Assembly: GCA_001687465.1 (NCBI GenBank)
Contig: LVLI01000268.1
Span: 1 to 64,000, forward strand
Direction of reading: 5' to 3'
Length of the DNA stretch: 64,000 nucleotides
DNA from: Halocafeteria seosinensis
Taxonomy: Eukaryota
Part shown: positions 48,332 to 60,706 of the stretch, piece by piece
How the letters are laid out: each line of letters begins with the position of its first letter
Numbering within the stretch: the first letter of the stretch is position 1
Program-made: the position numbers and the translations under genes
The notes under the pieces: model-generated
The model's database searches: none
Seen by the model: only the letters and a program-made list of their open reading frames with translations
What the model was told of the DNA's origin: nothing

Positions 48332-49858
48332 ATGGACTCTCAAACTCAAGAGCAGCCTGATAATGCTCCAATCGGCACGGCGCCGCTTCAAGCAGGGAGC
48401 ACCAGCAGTATTTGTAAGCCTTTAGATGATTTGCTTTGCACAAGCGAAGTTCTCTAATGAGTGGTTTTCGTTTGAATGCAGCTGCTGCACCAGGACAGCA
48501 ACTAGGGCAACAGCCATCTGCGCCTCGTGGTGGAGAGGAGCCACAGCCTCCTGGGTCCTCAGCGATGAAGCCAGAAGAAAACGGCAATAGAGGCGCACAG
48601 GAGAGCCAGGTACGACGAAGCTGGTGCGAATGGTAAAGGGTTATTTACAATCAAATATTCGCCATTTTGGGTTGTACCAGGTGATATCAACTGTAGTCTC
48701 ACAGTCGAATATGCAACCAGGAGAATCGGGGGATTCCAAGAAGCAGCTTGAGCAAGCCAATAAAGTATGTTTTGCGTTTCCTTGAATTCACGTATGTATG
48801 ATCATGCATCACTATATGCTATACAGCGTGTAGAAGAATTGGAAGAACGAGTTCGTGTAGCTGAGGCTCAGGTTGCGTCTCACTGGGAGTTACTTAGGCG
48901 TTTATATGATGTGATCTTGGTGTTTGACATGTCAGGTAAGGCAGTCATTTGCTCTTTGGCTCCATGATGGTGTTGGAGAGTTTTTAACATCTATTTTGCA
49001 GGAATTATTATTTTTGCCAGTCCGGCGTGTGAGGAAGTTTTGGGATATTCCCAGAAAGAATTATTCAACCGTCCTTTGGCCGCTATACTGGCCGAGAGTT
49101 TTCATCAAGATTTTGAGGCGAAGGTGCGCTCCATGATTAAGATACAGACACAACGGGCTTTGAAAGGCAAAGAGCTTTTCATGAACGCGAAGTTTGTGCG
49201 TAAGAGCGGACAGGAAGTTTGGCTGGAAGGACTCGGCCAGGCTTGGCAACTGGAGAATGTTGTCGAATTGGTATTTTCCTTTCGTGAGCATCCTCCTGAT
49301 GCAGAGGACTTTAGCCGACCCAATAATCCTCCCCAAAAGGCTCCTTCAAATTTCCATCCTCCTACTTCACAGGGTACAGGACAACCAATGCAACCACCTC
49401 CGCATTCCTCGCCTTACAATATCCCAGCTCAGCAACCGCATTATCCTCCATCGTCAGGTCCAGAGGGAATGAGGCCCCCGCCTTCTTCCGGTGGATACCC
49501 CTCGGATCAGTACCCAAGGGGACAAGAACAGATGCCGGTGCAGTATATGAACAACATGCATGCAATGTATTATGGGTCGGAGCCTCCACGTGGAATGCCT
49601 CAACCGCAGCCACAGCCCCACCCAGATCCTCAACCTCATCATCAGATGCCACACCCGATGTACAACCATCAACCTCATTCAGGCATGCCTATGCATACAG
49701 CGCGACCTTACCAGGCCTATATGCCTCAACAACAGTTCTGGGGAGGTCCGGAACAGGTATACGGCATGATGGGTGCTCAAGGACGGCCTATGCCGCAGCA
49801 GCAACCACGACACTATCCCCCAGGGCCAGATAGTTCGGGCCAAGGCGGCAATGGCTAA
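48332..49858 (+). CDS. Coiled-coil + PAS domain protein with Pro/Gln-rich C-terminus, multi-exon
   Basis: Spliced: KKQLEQANK|RVEELEERVRVAEAQV...DVILVFDMS|GIIIFASPACEEVLGYSQKELFNRP...RKSGQEVWLE (PAS/PAC signature), then a P/Q/M/Y-rich tail. Confidence 0.8.
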
Positions 49859-50077
49859 ACAGTGACATCTTCTGGTTTGCTAGGAACAAACGTTAAATGA
49901 GTGTCACCGCCGTTTCGATAGAAATATAATACATATGATGGTTTCCATAGGTTTATGTTACATATTGTCTATTTGTATAACCAATATGTGACTTGATATC
50001 AAAACGAGAGGCATTGTGTTGTGCAAAACTTTATGCAAATCGACAACAGATTTCCAAGAAACTTAAAGGGGTAAACT

Positions 50078-50698
50078 TTACTTCTTAAGTGCTTCCTCTT
50101 CTGCTGCACGTTTGGCACGCTTGCCGGCCATGCGTTTGTTGGTTCTTTCGATACGCAAAGTGCGGAATGCTTGATTCTTTTGCAATTCGGGTGTAACCTT
50201 AACGAAGTCTGGTTGCGTGGGAGTTTCATGGCGGATGGGTAAAACTTCTCCAAAGACCTGTGTGGCGTTCTTGCGTTCTTCGGGTTTGCTATCGCCGTGT
50301 TTCATCTTTCCTTTTCTTGGGAATACAACCAGCTTGTTCATGTAAGTTTTCAAACGCTGCACGTTTTGCTGCATTCCTTCTACACTTTTATTGCGGCGAC
50401 GATGATCTACGGCGATTCCAATAGTAGGAGCTACCTTGGGGTTAACACCAGCTTCACGCAATTCATCCAATGTGAATCCACGTCCAGCGCGTACACGGCG
50501 GTTATATCTGATGGTCTGGCATCGGACAGCGGGTCTCAGAGGACCATTGGCAGGTCGTGGAGCGATAGCAGCTGCTTTCTCCCGGCGCGCAAGGCGACGT
50601 GCTTTCTTTCTGCCTGGTTGATCAAGCCATGTTTTCACACGGTTCTTCCATGCCTTATGGAAGTGCTGGTTGGGCACCACGTTGTTATGCTTCACCAT
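50078..50698 (-). CDS. RPL13: 60S ribosomal protein L13 (eL13)
   Basis: [17 protein letters not shown]...[11 protein letters not shown]...[13 protein letters not shown]. Confidence 0.98.
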   Translation of the reverse strand: MVKHNNVVPNQHFHKAWKNRVKTWLDQPGRKKARRLARREKAAAIAPRPANGPLRPAVRCQTIRYNRRVRAGRGFTLDELREAGVNPKVAPTIGIAVDHRRRNKSVEGMQQNVQRLKTYMNKLVVFPRKGKMKHGDSKPEERKNATQVFGEVLPIRHETPTQPDFVKVTPELQKNQAFRTLRIERTNKRMAGKRAKRAAEEEALKK

Positions 50699-51552
50699 TT
50701 TGTATCTTTAGCGTATCACAAGAGAATATCCCCTATCACTCTCGTCCTAAGAAAAAGACGTCTGTAAAAAAGCACATAAACACCGTAATAAAGCACTACA
50801 TGCTGAAATTGTGACACCAAGGGGAAATCACAGGGGAGGAAAAACTACAAAAAGCGTCAGGGGCGACCTCAAAGGGCACACCCCAGGGGACCCGAGCACT
50901 CCCTGTCGCGGCAGCCACGCTCCCTCAGGCTAGCTCTCCTTTACAGTCCAATAACTCGGGATAGAGACCCCTTTCGAGCACACAATGAAAGAGATACAAA
51001 AGAATACCGTATGAATGGAACACTTACCCTTATATGGTGCAATACCAATGCCTCTCGTCGTCGTAAAGGTAGGAAAATAGAGCATGCATTGGAAAGTGTG
51101 CGAAAAGATTGTTGCTTCGTACGCTTGAAAACTGAGACCTCGGCGCATTTACAAGGCCACTATCCGGAAGAGAGGGAGTATTGCACAGCGTTATAGTGCT
51201 GTATAACAAGAGAAGACTAACAAGTTGATATGTAAGTGCTTCGTCAGATCATTGCCCAGGTAAAGGCTACCAACGGGGCCTATTAGGGAGTAGGCCTCTG
51301 AAGTGGGGCGAGGAGTCTCTGAGTAGCCTGCCCCAGGGATGGGTTGTCCCCCGTGGCTCCCCTAGGTCCGAAGTCGCCTGTCCTTTTGTTGTTTTCCGTC
51401 CCCTTGAAGGGGGACCACTATGGATTTTGACCATTATACATGCCATTGAATGAATCTAGAGCACCAGGGTTTATGTATATGGTTTGTACCTTGTTTATTG
51501 ATGCCTGCAGTGTCACTAGTGTCTCTTGAGGGACCTTCCTTGGACGAAAATA

Positions 51553-52345
51553 ATGGGTGCTGATACTGAATCTGTACAGTGCTTTGGCCGTAAGGTAAGC
51601 TAAATACGAGCTCTCTGGTGTATATATGAGGATAGTCCCAGTGGATTCACCTTCCTTGTTATTGAATGCAGCGCCATGCTGTAGCTGTCGCTCACTGCAA
51701 GCGAGGAAAAGGAGTGCTTAGAGTGAATGGACGCCCTTTACATCTTATTCAACCAGAAATCTACCGTGCGAAGGTATTGGAGCCTATTTTGTTGCTCGGC
51801 AGAGAACGATTCGCAGCTGTAGACATCAGAATTCGCGTTAAGGGTGGTGGTCACTCTGCTCAAATTTACGCAATCAGGCAGGCCATTGCTAAATCAATGG
51901 TTGCCTTCTACCAAAAATGTAAGTGTCCTTTCCATGCTACGGCGCAAACCACGCAAAGACTCGTAACGAAATAGCAAGCTCGCGGATGTGAAATCTAAAA
52001 AGTTTGAGATCTGACTGGGGAGCTTCGCTCTATGCGATGTTAGACAAACACTCTACCTGAGAGTTGATGCTATTCGGGCTTCGGCCCAAATGGCTGCTTT
52101 GCGCACTGGTTTTGCTTGCCTTATTTTCTTCCTCTATTGATTATCATTGTGTTTAATTAAATGCTTTACGCTCTTCTTTTTCTTGGATTCTTTATGCAGA
52201 CGTCGATGAAAGCGCGAAAAAGGAAATTAAAGAAATCTTCCTGCAGTACGATCGAACACTCTTAGTTGCTGACCCTCGTCATTGCGAGGCGAAGAAATTC
52301 GGTGGTCCCTCAGCTCGTGCTCGTTTCCAGAAGTCCTACCGTTAA
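51553..52345 (+). CDS. RPS16: 40S ribosomal protein S16 (uS9), 3 exons
   Basis: [63 protein letters not shown]; intron 2 = 51919-52199. Confidence 0.97.
51941..52120 (+). ncRNA. Putative structured intronic RNA element in RPS16 intron 2 (class unknown)
   Basis: Nested complementary segments: GCAAACCA-CGCAAAG/CTTTGCG-TGGTTTTGC, AATAGCA-AGCTC/GAGTT-TGCTATT, GTTTG-TCTGAC/GTTAGA-CAAAC, and a GGGC-TTCG-GCCC hairpin. Confidence 0.6.
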
Positions 52346-52488
52346 GAACTGCGTCATGGCATACTATTCAGACTTTTTTACTGTCGTTTATCTGGTAGAA
52401 AATGTCTCGGCTGTGCCATACTTCCTCATATAGTATCGGAAACATGCTCCCATAATACTACATCCTCTTTTCCACCTCGAATTCGTGG

Positions 52489-53092
52489 CTACTTCCGTCT
52501 TTTTTCCCGAAGCGCGGTTAAATACTTTCGAAGTGGCTCCACATACTGAGCGAATCCCAGTCGTGCTAGTGCTGCAAGTAGGTCATCGCCACTTATGGTT
52601 TTCCGTTTCCGCTTGCGGCAGACTTCGTTGGCTGCATGCACCAAGAGGCTTAAATTAATTTCAGTCGAAAACATTCCCCACAAGGTCAAACTCCTTACCT
52701 TCAAGACAAAGGAAGCAGATGAACTCTGTAGTGAAATGCTGCATTTTCTCCCTAGCTTCTTGAGATAGTTGTGTTCCTCTGGGCAAACCTCGGTTGACAA
52801 TTCTGTAGATCGCAGCAGCAGGCAAGTGCTTTGGTACTTCCTCTCTATTCTCCGCGCGCACGGCGGATGTCGATCCATGAGTAGCGGCTGCTCCTGAGGT
52901 AATGCCTGTAAAAGAGGAATGACTGGCTCGTGGCCAAGATGTAGTGGAAGCAGACGAAGAAATAGCCACAGCTGGATCTTCCGGAGCAGTTGCAGCTTCG
53001 GCTGAATTGCTGTCGTCCCATGGCTGTCTGCTTGCTGAGGCGTGGCGGTTAAGCGAGAAGGAGCCTTTAGCATTAGTATCATGGTGTGCCAT
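52489..53092 (-). CDS. NF-YB-like histone-fold transcription factor subunit, 2 exons
   Basis: HLPAAAIYRIV..LP..QLSQEAREKMQ..TEFICF..E|ANEVCRKRKRKTISGDDLLAALARLGFAQYVEPL. Confidence 0.85.
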
Positions 53093-53651
53093 CGTCTCCC
53101 TCAGTTGTATGGCGAGGCTATGTCGCTGATTACCCTCACTTCAGCTTCGCAGACGAGTCGCAGAAATACCGCAGAACTGCTGGGACAGGGATTTACCGTA
53201 GGTATGAACTTTCTCACGGTGGATATTTATTCTAGGAATTAACAATAAAACCATACTTTATGAGTAGCCAACATGATGGGGAGAAAAGTGAAGAAAGAAG
53301 CACTTGAAGTAAGACGAAGACGCTGAGCTGAGCTCGCCAGTCGCGGACGCGAGCAGGGCTGCTTAGATGGCGGCGTTTCTTCGTCACACATATACGGAGC
53401 GTATAATTATTGTGACCAATTTTCCTGTGAAATATTCCTTTCCAAGGAAGCGAATATCAAGTGAAACTTTCTCTTAATCCACTGTCATGTCCTCTTGATA
53501 CACTTAACCCGCAGAACTACTACCGGTAGCACCCGACAACGTAAAAAAGCAGGCAGATTTCCTGGGATTGTTGGGGTCTCATTTGACTCAATTTTTCTAC
53601 CCCTTCTGCAGCCTTTCTCAAATCACTAGACACACAGCCTGGTAGTCTAGA

Positions 53652-56600
53652 ATGTCGCGCACACGACAGGAACAGCTAAATAGCCTAGTGGTACGTGGTT
53701 AATGCATGCAAAGCGCTGGATCCCGAGGCAGCCAGAGACCTTGAATTTACTCATGTTTGCCTCGAATACAAGCTACGAATACCCTCTATCACTTATTCAC
53801 AAGTATTAATGTCTTCGTTGGTATTACAGGCCGGCGAGACAGAGTATATGCAAGCTCTGAATGCCGTCATTAGCTCGTTATATGAGCCTTTGAGGCAGCG
53901 GGAGGTGCTCTCCAAAGGCCAGATATCCGCTATCTTTAGGACTCTACCCACTATGAAGTCTCTACATAATACTCTTAGCACTGAATTCCATGAAGTGACG
54001 AAGCAGAGCTCATTATCTGGCTCTGTCACAGCGCTGGCTGAATCCATCATGAAGCATTCGGGAGAAATCGAAGACGCCTATGTGGCTTACTGCAAAGGAC
54101 ATGAAGCTGCTATGCATGTAGGTCAATGCCCTCTCCATATTATATCTTTTCATTCAAGGTACAGTTCATCTTGTTTTCATGGTTCGATACAGCACGCATC
54201 CAACGCTCTGAAAAACGAGGACGCCCGCTCACTCATTCGCGCTCTATTGGATACAGAAGATGAACGGCTACATGATACTTCTCTACAAGGACTCTTGTCT
54301 TTGCCCTTTCGAAGACTCGTCGATTATGTGGAGAGCTTTTCGCGGCTGGCTGACGCCACAGCAAATCTTCCCGAAGGCATTGATGCTCATGGAAACGTAA
54401 ACTCGAACATGTCAATATTTGATGCGGACAGCTTCCTGAAGGACTTGATTCACGAATGTGGCGGCTTGCCAAAAACATTTCTGAAGAGAGTTCAAGATGA
54501 AGCTTTACCGTACACACCTCGTTTTAGGGAAGTCACGTCTGTTGTACCAGCCACAGGGAAGCCTGTTGAAAGCGGTCGTGCGCAGAAAAGCCCTGATGAG
54601 AGGACAGGAGCATCCTCTGGAGAAGTTGAACGCGCGAAAAGCGACATACGATTAACAAAGGAGCATTTCCAACACTTACAAGATTTTGTTCAACAAAGTG
54701 AAAAGCATGTCACAGCAGCGCGGGATGTGGTGCAGCATGGAGCTCGCGAAGACGATCAAGACACAGGCCCGGCAACGCATTCCGAGCAAGAACTGCTACC
54801 GCGCGACCACGAACTTTCTGATGAGCATCTCAATGAAGCACTAGACCAGCAAATGCAACGCATAGGCTTGGAGTCGTTTTCTGAAGAATCGCTAAAAGAG
54901 GTTATGGATAAGCTGGAACAGGAAGAAAACCAGCTTTATGACGAAATTCGCCAGTCTGAACACCGACCATTGTTTGAGGCCTTTATTGAGAAAAAGAAAC
55001 AATTACTAAGTGAAGAACAAAAGCTCACAAATGCTCTTGAAGAACATGAGAACGCCTTGGAAGAAATTCGGCATCGTCTGGCCAATCCACCGCAGAGTCT
55101 GCTCCCTTCAGACCCGACTAAGTCTTCTCTATACGTTACATGGAAACAGGCGCTTGCTGATCGGGAGAAGTTGCTTCGACAGGCACGAAAACGCAAACAT
55201 AATCTCATCAGGACGTTGAAGGCTCGCCATGAAAGTCAAGTACTGGCGGTGGAAGCTAAGAACCGGAACAAAGTAAATCGTCTTAAGGAGGAAATTGAAC
55301 GAGAGCGGGAAACGGCGAAGACATACGAAAAGTAAGCTACCTCGCTATGAGATGGAGGAAGTCATTTCTTGCCTACTTTTTTGCTTTTCATCCTGCTGCT
55401 TACACAGGGATCTTGAAGTGCTGAATAATTCAATTGATGAAGCGAAACAGTCAATGGCCCAGTTTAAAGAGCAATTCGAGCAGTTGCGGGTAAGTTCCTA
55501 TCCAATGGGAGAACCTAGGAGTAAAATTGTTGATCTATGCTTCGGTACAGATGAGTCTTGTTGTAGATCGCATGGAAAAAAGCAATCAAGCTGCTCAGCT
55601 ATCCGAGCGGCGTCGCCAGCTTCAAGAAGAGGCGGAAGAAGCGCAACAAGAGGTAAGGCATCTTTACACGCGCCTTAGACGGGCTCTTTATAACACCCGC
55701 CGCTGTCCGTTTTACAGATGGAGCAGGAGAAGGAACGCATTCGTAAGGAAGAAGAGGAAAAATGGCAACGTAAGATTGAGGAGGAGAAAGAAGAAGGGGA
55801 AAGACGGATCCGTGAGGAGGAGCAGAGGATTGAATCGAAGATTCAAGAGGTGAAGAATGCTTTAGCTGAGAAGTATGAAGAGGGGTTCAGGCCTCTGATT
55901 GAAGTAAGAAGCAGCAGAGCTTTGTATAGTTAGTCATCAAAAAATAAAAAATTATACCGTTTCTTCGCTGCAATTTTACAGGAAGCTGAGAACCAACATC
56001 AGGAGGAGCTAGACCGCGTGCATAAGCTTGAAAAAGAATTAAAAGAGAAAGAACAGGAGTTAGAAAAAGCAATGCAGTCAGCGAAAGAAGTGGCAGAATA
56101 TATGAGCCCGCAACAATTGAAAGATCTAGGGATATCGGAGGATGTTGCCGAAGAGAACAATGATTCCGTTCCTGAATGGAAGCTTAGAGAATTTGAAGGG
56201 CTAAAAAGTGCCGTTGCCACTCTTTGGGAGGAGCTAAATGTTCCAGACACCGAGATGGTAGATTTTCTTTCGGCAGCTGATATGGCAGCGCCATACGATC
56301 CAAAGGTACTTAATTTATATAAAGAAATGCACTCCCAGTTGATCAACGCCTTGTCTGAGCCGTTGGATCAAAACACAACGCAACACAACGAGGATGAAGG
56401 CCATTACGGCGAAGAGCAACAGAACGAACATCAGGAATATGCTGTTGGTGCTACCACCAGCAGCCCTAGCCAAGCGTCACAGACTTCACCCACTCAGTCG
56501 TTTGCGTATTCTTCAGACAGATCTCCAGGCGGAACCAGTTATGATCCAGGACATGCCTGGAAGAGTCCTAAAAGTCCGGGAGCTTCGGCCTTACAACGGG

Positions 56601-56746
56601 CTATGTACGAACAGCTGTCGGCTCGAGCACAGAGCCAACTACCTCCATCGCACGGTGGTATTGGAAATCGATTGTACAAATCCCCAACGTCGCAACGACC
56701 TCGCAGAGAAAAACAAACTAGATCGAGAGACAGGTTGAAATGGTAG
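53652..56746 (+). CDS. Divergent RhoGEF (DH)-like domain plus long coiled-coil protein, multi-exon
   Basis: RQEQLNSLV|AGETEYMQAL...YEPL...ISAIF, YVAYCKGHEAA and LQGLLSLPFRRLVDY match DH conserved regions; E/K/Q-rich coils follow. Confidence 0.7.
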
Positions 56747-56783
56747 CTCAATAAAATATATTTATCTGCCCAGGTCGAGGTTA

Positions 56784-58744
56784 CTAGATGCTAACTCCCA
56801 AGGCGGAAAGCGCACTGAGTAGGGTTTGTTGTTGTTCAGGTGAACTTGACCATCTTTGTAGTTCCAGTCCTTCCGATATAAGCTGTTCAATTATTTTTTT
56901 CGCTTCCGTAGTTGTACCTCGAATTTGTTGGATGAACTCGTCTAAGACAGTACCCATACTACCACTTGAATGGGCTGAGTAGAAGTAGCCATCAGGATTC
57001 TGAGTCGCCTGTTGCAAAGCAACAAATGCACCACGTAGATCCGGTTTGCCGACTAAGTAACACAACAGGAGCGCAAAATACTGTTCAAATTTTGGTACAT
57101 CTGCTTTGATATCGGTCATAAACTCTAACATTGGCAGCAGTCCTGAAACAATATGGATCAACTGTAGCAGGCCCTGCACTTCCAGATAACTCCATAATTC
57201 TACCAGCAGACGGGCCCTATCGTTTACAGTCCCCGGAGGAGAATTGCTCAAAACGTGGTCTGCCGTTTTCTCCACGAAGAATGAAAGGTTTGAACCCATG
57301 GGTAAAAGTTTAGGATACTTCCCTTCGGATATCGTTTCTTCTAGTGCAGAGAAGGAATCGTCTGAGCAGCACATTTGCAGATCATCCTTGAAACTCGCCA
57401 GTACGGCCTTTTGAGCCGTTTCATCTCCTCGAAGATTGATCCATTCATCGCAAGTAGCACAAGCCACAGTGATGAATTTCTGTCGGCTCAAGGGTACTTT
57501 GCCTTCCCCTTGGTCTTGGTCTTGGGATAGATTGGTAGGAGTATTGGTTTTCTTCTTAGCAACGGGTTTTTGCCTCTTACCATCTCCCTTTTGAGAGCCA
57601 CCTTTAGATTCTTTAGCTCCTTTGGAGCCTGCTTTGGCCCTTATTCCCTTAGGTCGATCAGGTTTTTGGCGCACTGAGGAACTTGCAGTACTATTTCCAA
57701 CCACCTCCCATCCTTCATCCTCGCCAGTATCTTTCATCTGCGCTGCATGTAACGCCGCCGCTGCATTTTTATCTGTTTTGCTGAGTTCCTCCAAACGTGC
57801 TTCAGCGTGTATATCTTCCAATTTCTTAGCCTTGGTTTGAATGCGTCGTGGAACCCAGCCGAGCTGCCTGAGTTCTAGTAAATCCAAGACGGCAAACTTC
57901 ACTCGATTTGTTAATGGTCCACAATTCTCCTCACTTTCATTCTCTCCTTTAGCGGGAAGCTTTGCCAAGTGCTTGAAAATATCCATGTAACTACTCAGAA
58001 ATTTTCTTGAGATCAAATGGGCACTGTTATCAAGCGATTTACCAGATACCGAAAGGAGGCGGATGCAGAGTTCTATATGCTCTTCTACCATACCTCTTGA
58101 GCCATGAGAGTTCCATCCTTCTAGCAGTTGCATGACACACCAATGCACTACTTTTTCCGGGACGATTCCTACCTTGAATAGCTCGCCGAGGAACTGTATG
58201 TGGCCAAGCTTCCTCGTTCGTCTAATTGTCTCTTGTTCCTCCGGATCTCGGGCGAGAGCTTTTTCATTATTCTCGCCCAGTTCCTCGTTGAGAAATCTCG
58301 CTTGTAGTTCATCGAGGACGATGTATAAGAAAGATTCCGTTCTCTCTTGACCAGGCGTCTTCCATGTCCCATTGACTGCAGCTGCATTCAGTTTCTGTAT
58401 CAACTGCGCGTACATGGGTCCAAAGTGATGTTCCATTTCCGCTTTATCGATGATAAGCGACACGAGTTTCCGTAAGAGCTGTACTTTCCGGAGGGGCGTC
58501 TGTATGAGCTGGTCCGACAACTTATCAAAAGTTTCAATGGTGATCTTGTTCAGTATCGAAGTCAATTTCCGTTCCTCCTGAAGTGCTTCATCTTCGCTTT
58601 GTCGTTTCCACCTGCAAAAATAAAAATATCCCAAGGCATTGATTTACCCTTCAATGTGCGTGAGTCCGTGGTATAATGGACGTACGGATGCGCTGCAGTA
58701 TTGAGTTGGGCCTGCGTCTGACCCCTTCGGCTTTTCCCACTCAT
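56784..58744 (-). CDS. Short eIF4G-like protein (MIF4G domain plus helical, possibly MA3-like, C-terminus)
   Basis: SILNKITIETFDKL, KAEMEHHFGPMYAQL, RRTRKLGHIQFLGELFK, RVKFAVLDLLELRQLGWVPRR...KLEDIH; one intron near 58612-58685. Confidence 0.85.
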
Positions 58745-59014
58745 TACGACGTGTTTCTTTCTCTTTACATAGATTAGATGAATAATGCTACTATATTCTA
58801 TATTATACTATCTCTCGTTTTGAAAAATGTAAAATACCACTACACTACAATACAATACACGAGGGAGGCAATGAACTTTGATTGAATGAGGGCTTGTATA
58901 TCTGTTGTCTATTGTATTGCATTGTATTGTATTGCACCAACATTCATGATACAACTTACAATATATAATACAACTCATTGACTGTATTGTTGTGTATGCC
59001 TGAGTGAGTGAATA

Positions 59015-60241
59015 ATGGCCACCAAGGAGATGGAAGTTCCTCAGTCCCAGAACGCCTCTGGCACACTGAATGAAGATGATAATGATAAAACAACCCATGA
59101 ACAGACACCTTCATGGTCTCTAGATGAGCTAAAGAAATGCGTCAAAGTGCTGCATGCTGAAACACCGTTTACAAGAGGTGTTTTGGAGGCCAACATGGTT
59201 CAACGAGCGCAGAACTTTATCCGTGGCAAGCATCTTATACAAACTATAAAGGAACAGACGACCAAACCTATTCTAGAGGATATCGGCGAGAACGACGATG
59301 AGCTTGCGCGACGACTAGGAGAGCAACTCGTGGAGCACAAGTAAGCATTTCTCTTGCGTTGTCCTTCGATACCTCCTAGTCTTTTTCTTTGTTTTTTGAA
59401 TGCATAGATGTACTTAATTCGTATGCTGTTGTCTGTTTGTGTATTCTAACGCAGGTTTCTACATCGTGTGGCCAAAGTCAAACGAGAGTCGGGCGAAAAA
59501 GTTAAAGTGGGAGACAAATTCTTGATACAATTCGTCGAAGGGAGTGGCTTTGATCAGGATGATCGATTTATCTGGGATGAAGGCGATGTGCAATCGAAGT
59601 CTAGGAACTTACTCATTCTAGTATCGAGTTTGATTGTGCTGATCACCATGTTTCCAATCTGGCCCCATATCATGAGGTTAGGGATATGGTATTTGAGCGC
59701 TTCACTCCTCGCGTTGATTCTGGGAACTGTCATTGTCCGGTTGGTCATTTTCACGTTTTTCTGGACATTCTGCGTGGACGTATGGCTCCTACCAAACTTG
59801 TTTGATGAGGAAGCATCCGTTTCGGAAAGCTTCTCTCCTGTCATTAGTGTTGAATGGTCTGATGATAAGCAGTATATGTGGCGCATAGCCCTTCTCTTAC
59901 TGCTTGGCGGTTGTCTCTATTGGACGTACACGAGGCCTACCGAAGCCCAGTTGATGTTTGATGAGTTTCTTGCTTCGCAAAGACAGTTTGTGGATGACAT
60001 TGTAGCAGCGAGGTTTTTATCCGATAAACCAGCGGACCCAGACGTAGGGACGCAAGAATCAGATAAGCCTTATGCGAGCTTGGATGAAATTCTGCGGGAG
60101 GTCGAAGATGAAGAAACAGGTGGGGGCGAAGAAGTCGAAACGGATGCCGATGGTGAAGTGTATCAAAAGTACGATGATGAGTACTTGGATAAAATGGCTG
60201 CAGAACATCCAGACGACGAGTACGAGGACGAAGAGGAATAG
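59015..60241 (+). CDS. SEC62: Translocation protein Sec62
   Basis: FIRGKHL, MFPIWPHIMRLGIWYLS..IVRLVIF..WLLPNLFDEEASVSESFSP; acidic tail. Confidence 0.88.
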
Positions 60242-60706
60242 CATGCTCTTTTTCCTGCGAGCACTAGTACAGGTAGAGAGTTAAGATGTCACCTGTCCGT
60301 GTATATGCGCATGTAGGTTGCTCAAATTGAATTGTGAGATATAGTGTTTCATGAGTTCTTTGTAGCGGGAGTAGCGCAAGTTGTTATATCTATGTCTATA
60401 GGACGGTCCTACAAGGACCAGTTTACTTACATATGCTAGATAATATTTTTGGTTCTTTTCACCTAAACATTGATTCTAATAAATACTCACTCCAAAATTG
60501 GTTCGTATTTGGTTGAGTTCTAACGTCGTTGCGTTGCTTCACTTCGCCGACTCACCCAGAGACCGGCGAGTGAGTGAGACTCCTTACAGTTATACTACCA
60601 CGAATGCCCCCTGGTTTGCTAGTTATAGATCGTCCGTGGTCAGTACAGAGCTAGTAGGATACAGCAATTGCCCTTGTTGTTGATTCTCTAGTGTATCTCG
60701 CTGAAA

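Noticed and set aside
51941..52120. RNase P/MRP, HDV-like or hammerhead ribozyme, TPP riboswitch or tracrRNA identity for the RPS16 intron RNA
   Set aside because: Only fragments match (AGTTGAT, GAAATAGCAAG, GATGTGAAATC). The conserved elements are missing or out of order, so the RNA is left unclassified.
58846..58935. (TACAA)n / (ATTGT)n inverted pentamer runs between the eIF4G-like gene and SEC62
   Set aside because: Short low-complexity AT-rich promoter sequence; no TSD or other support for an element.
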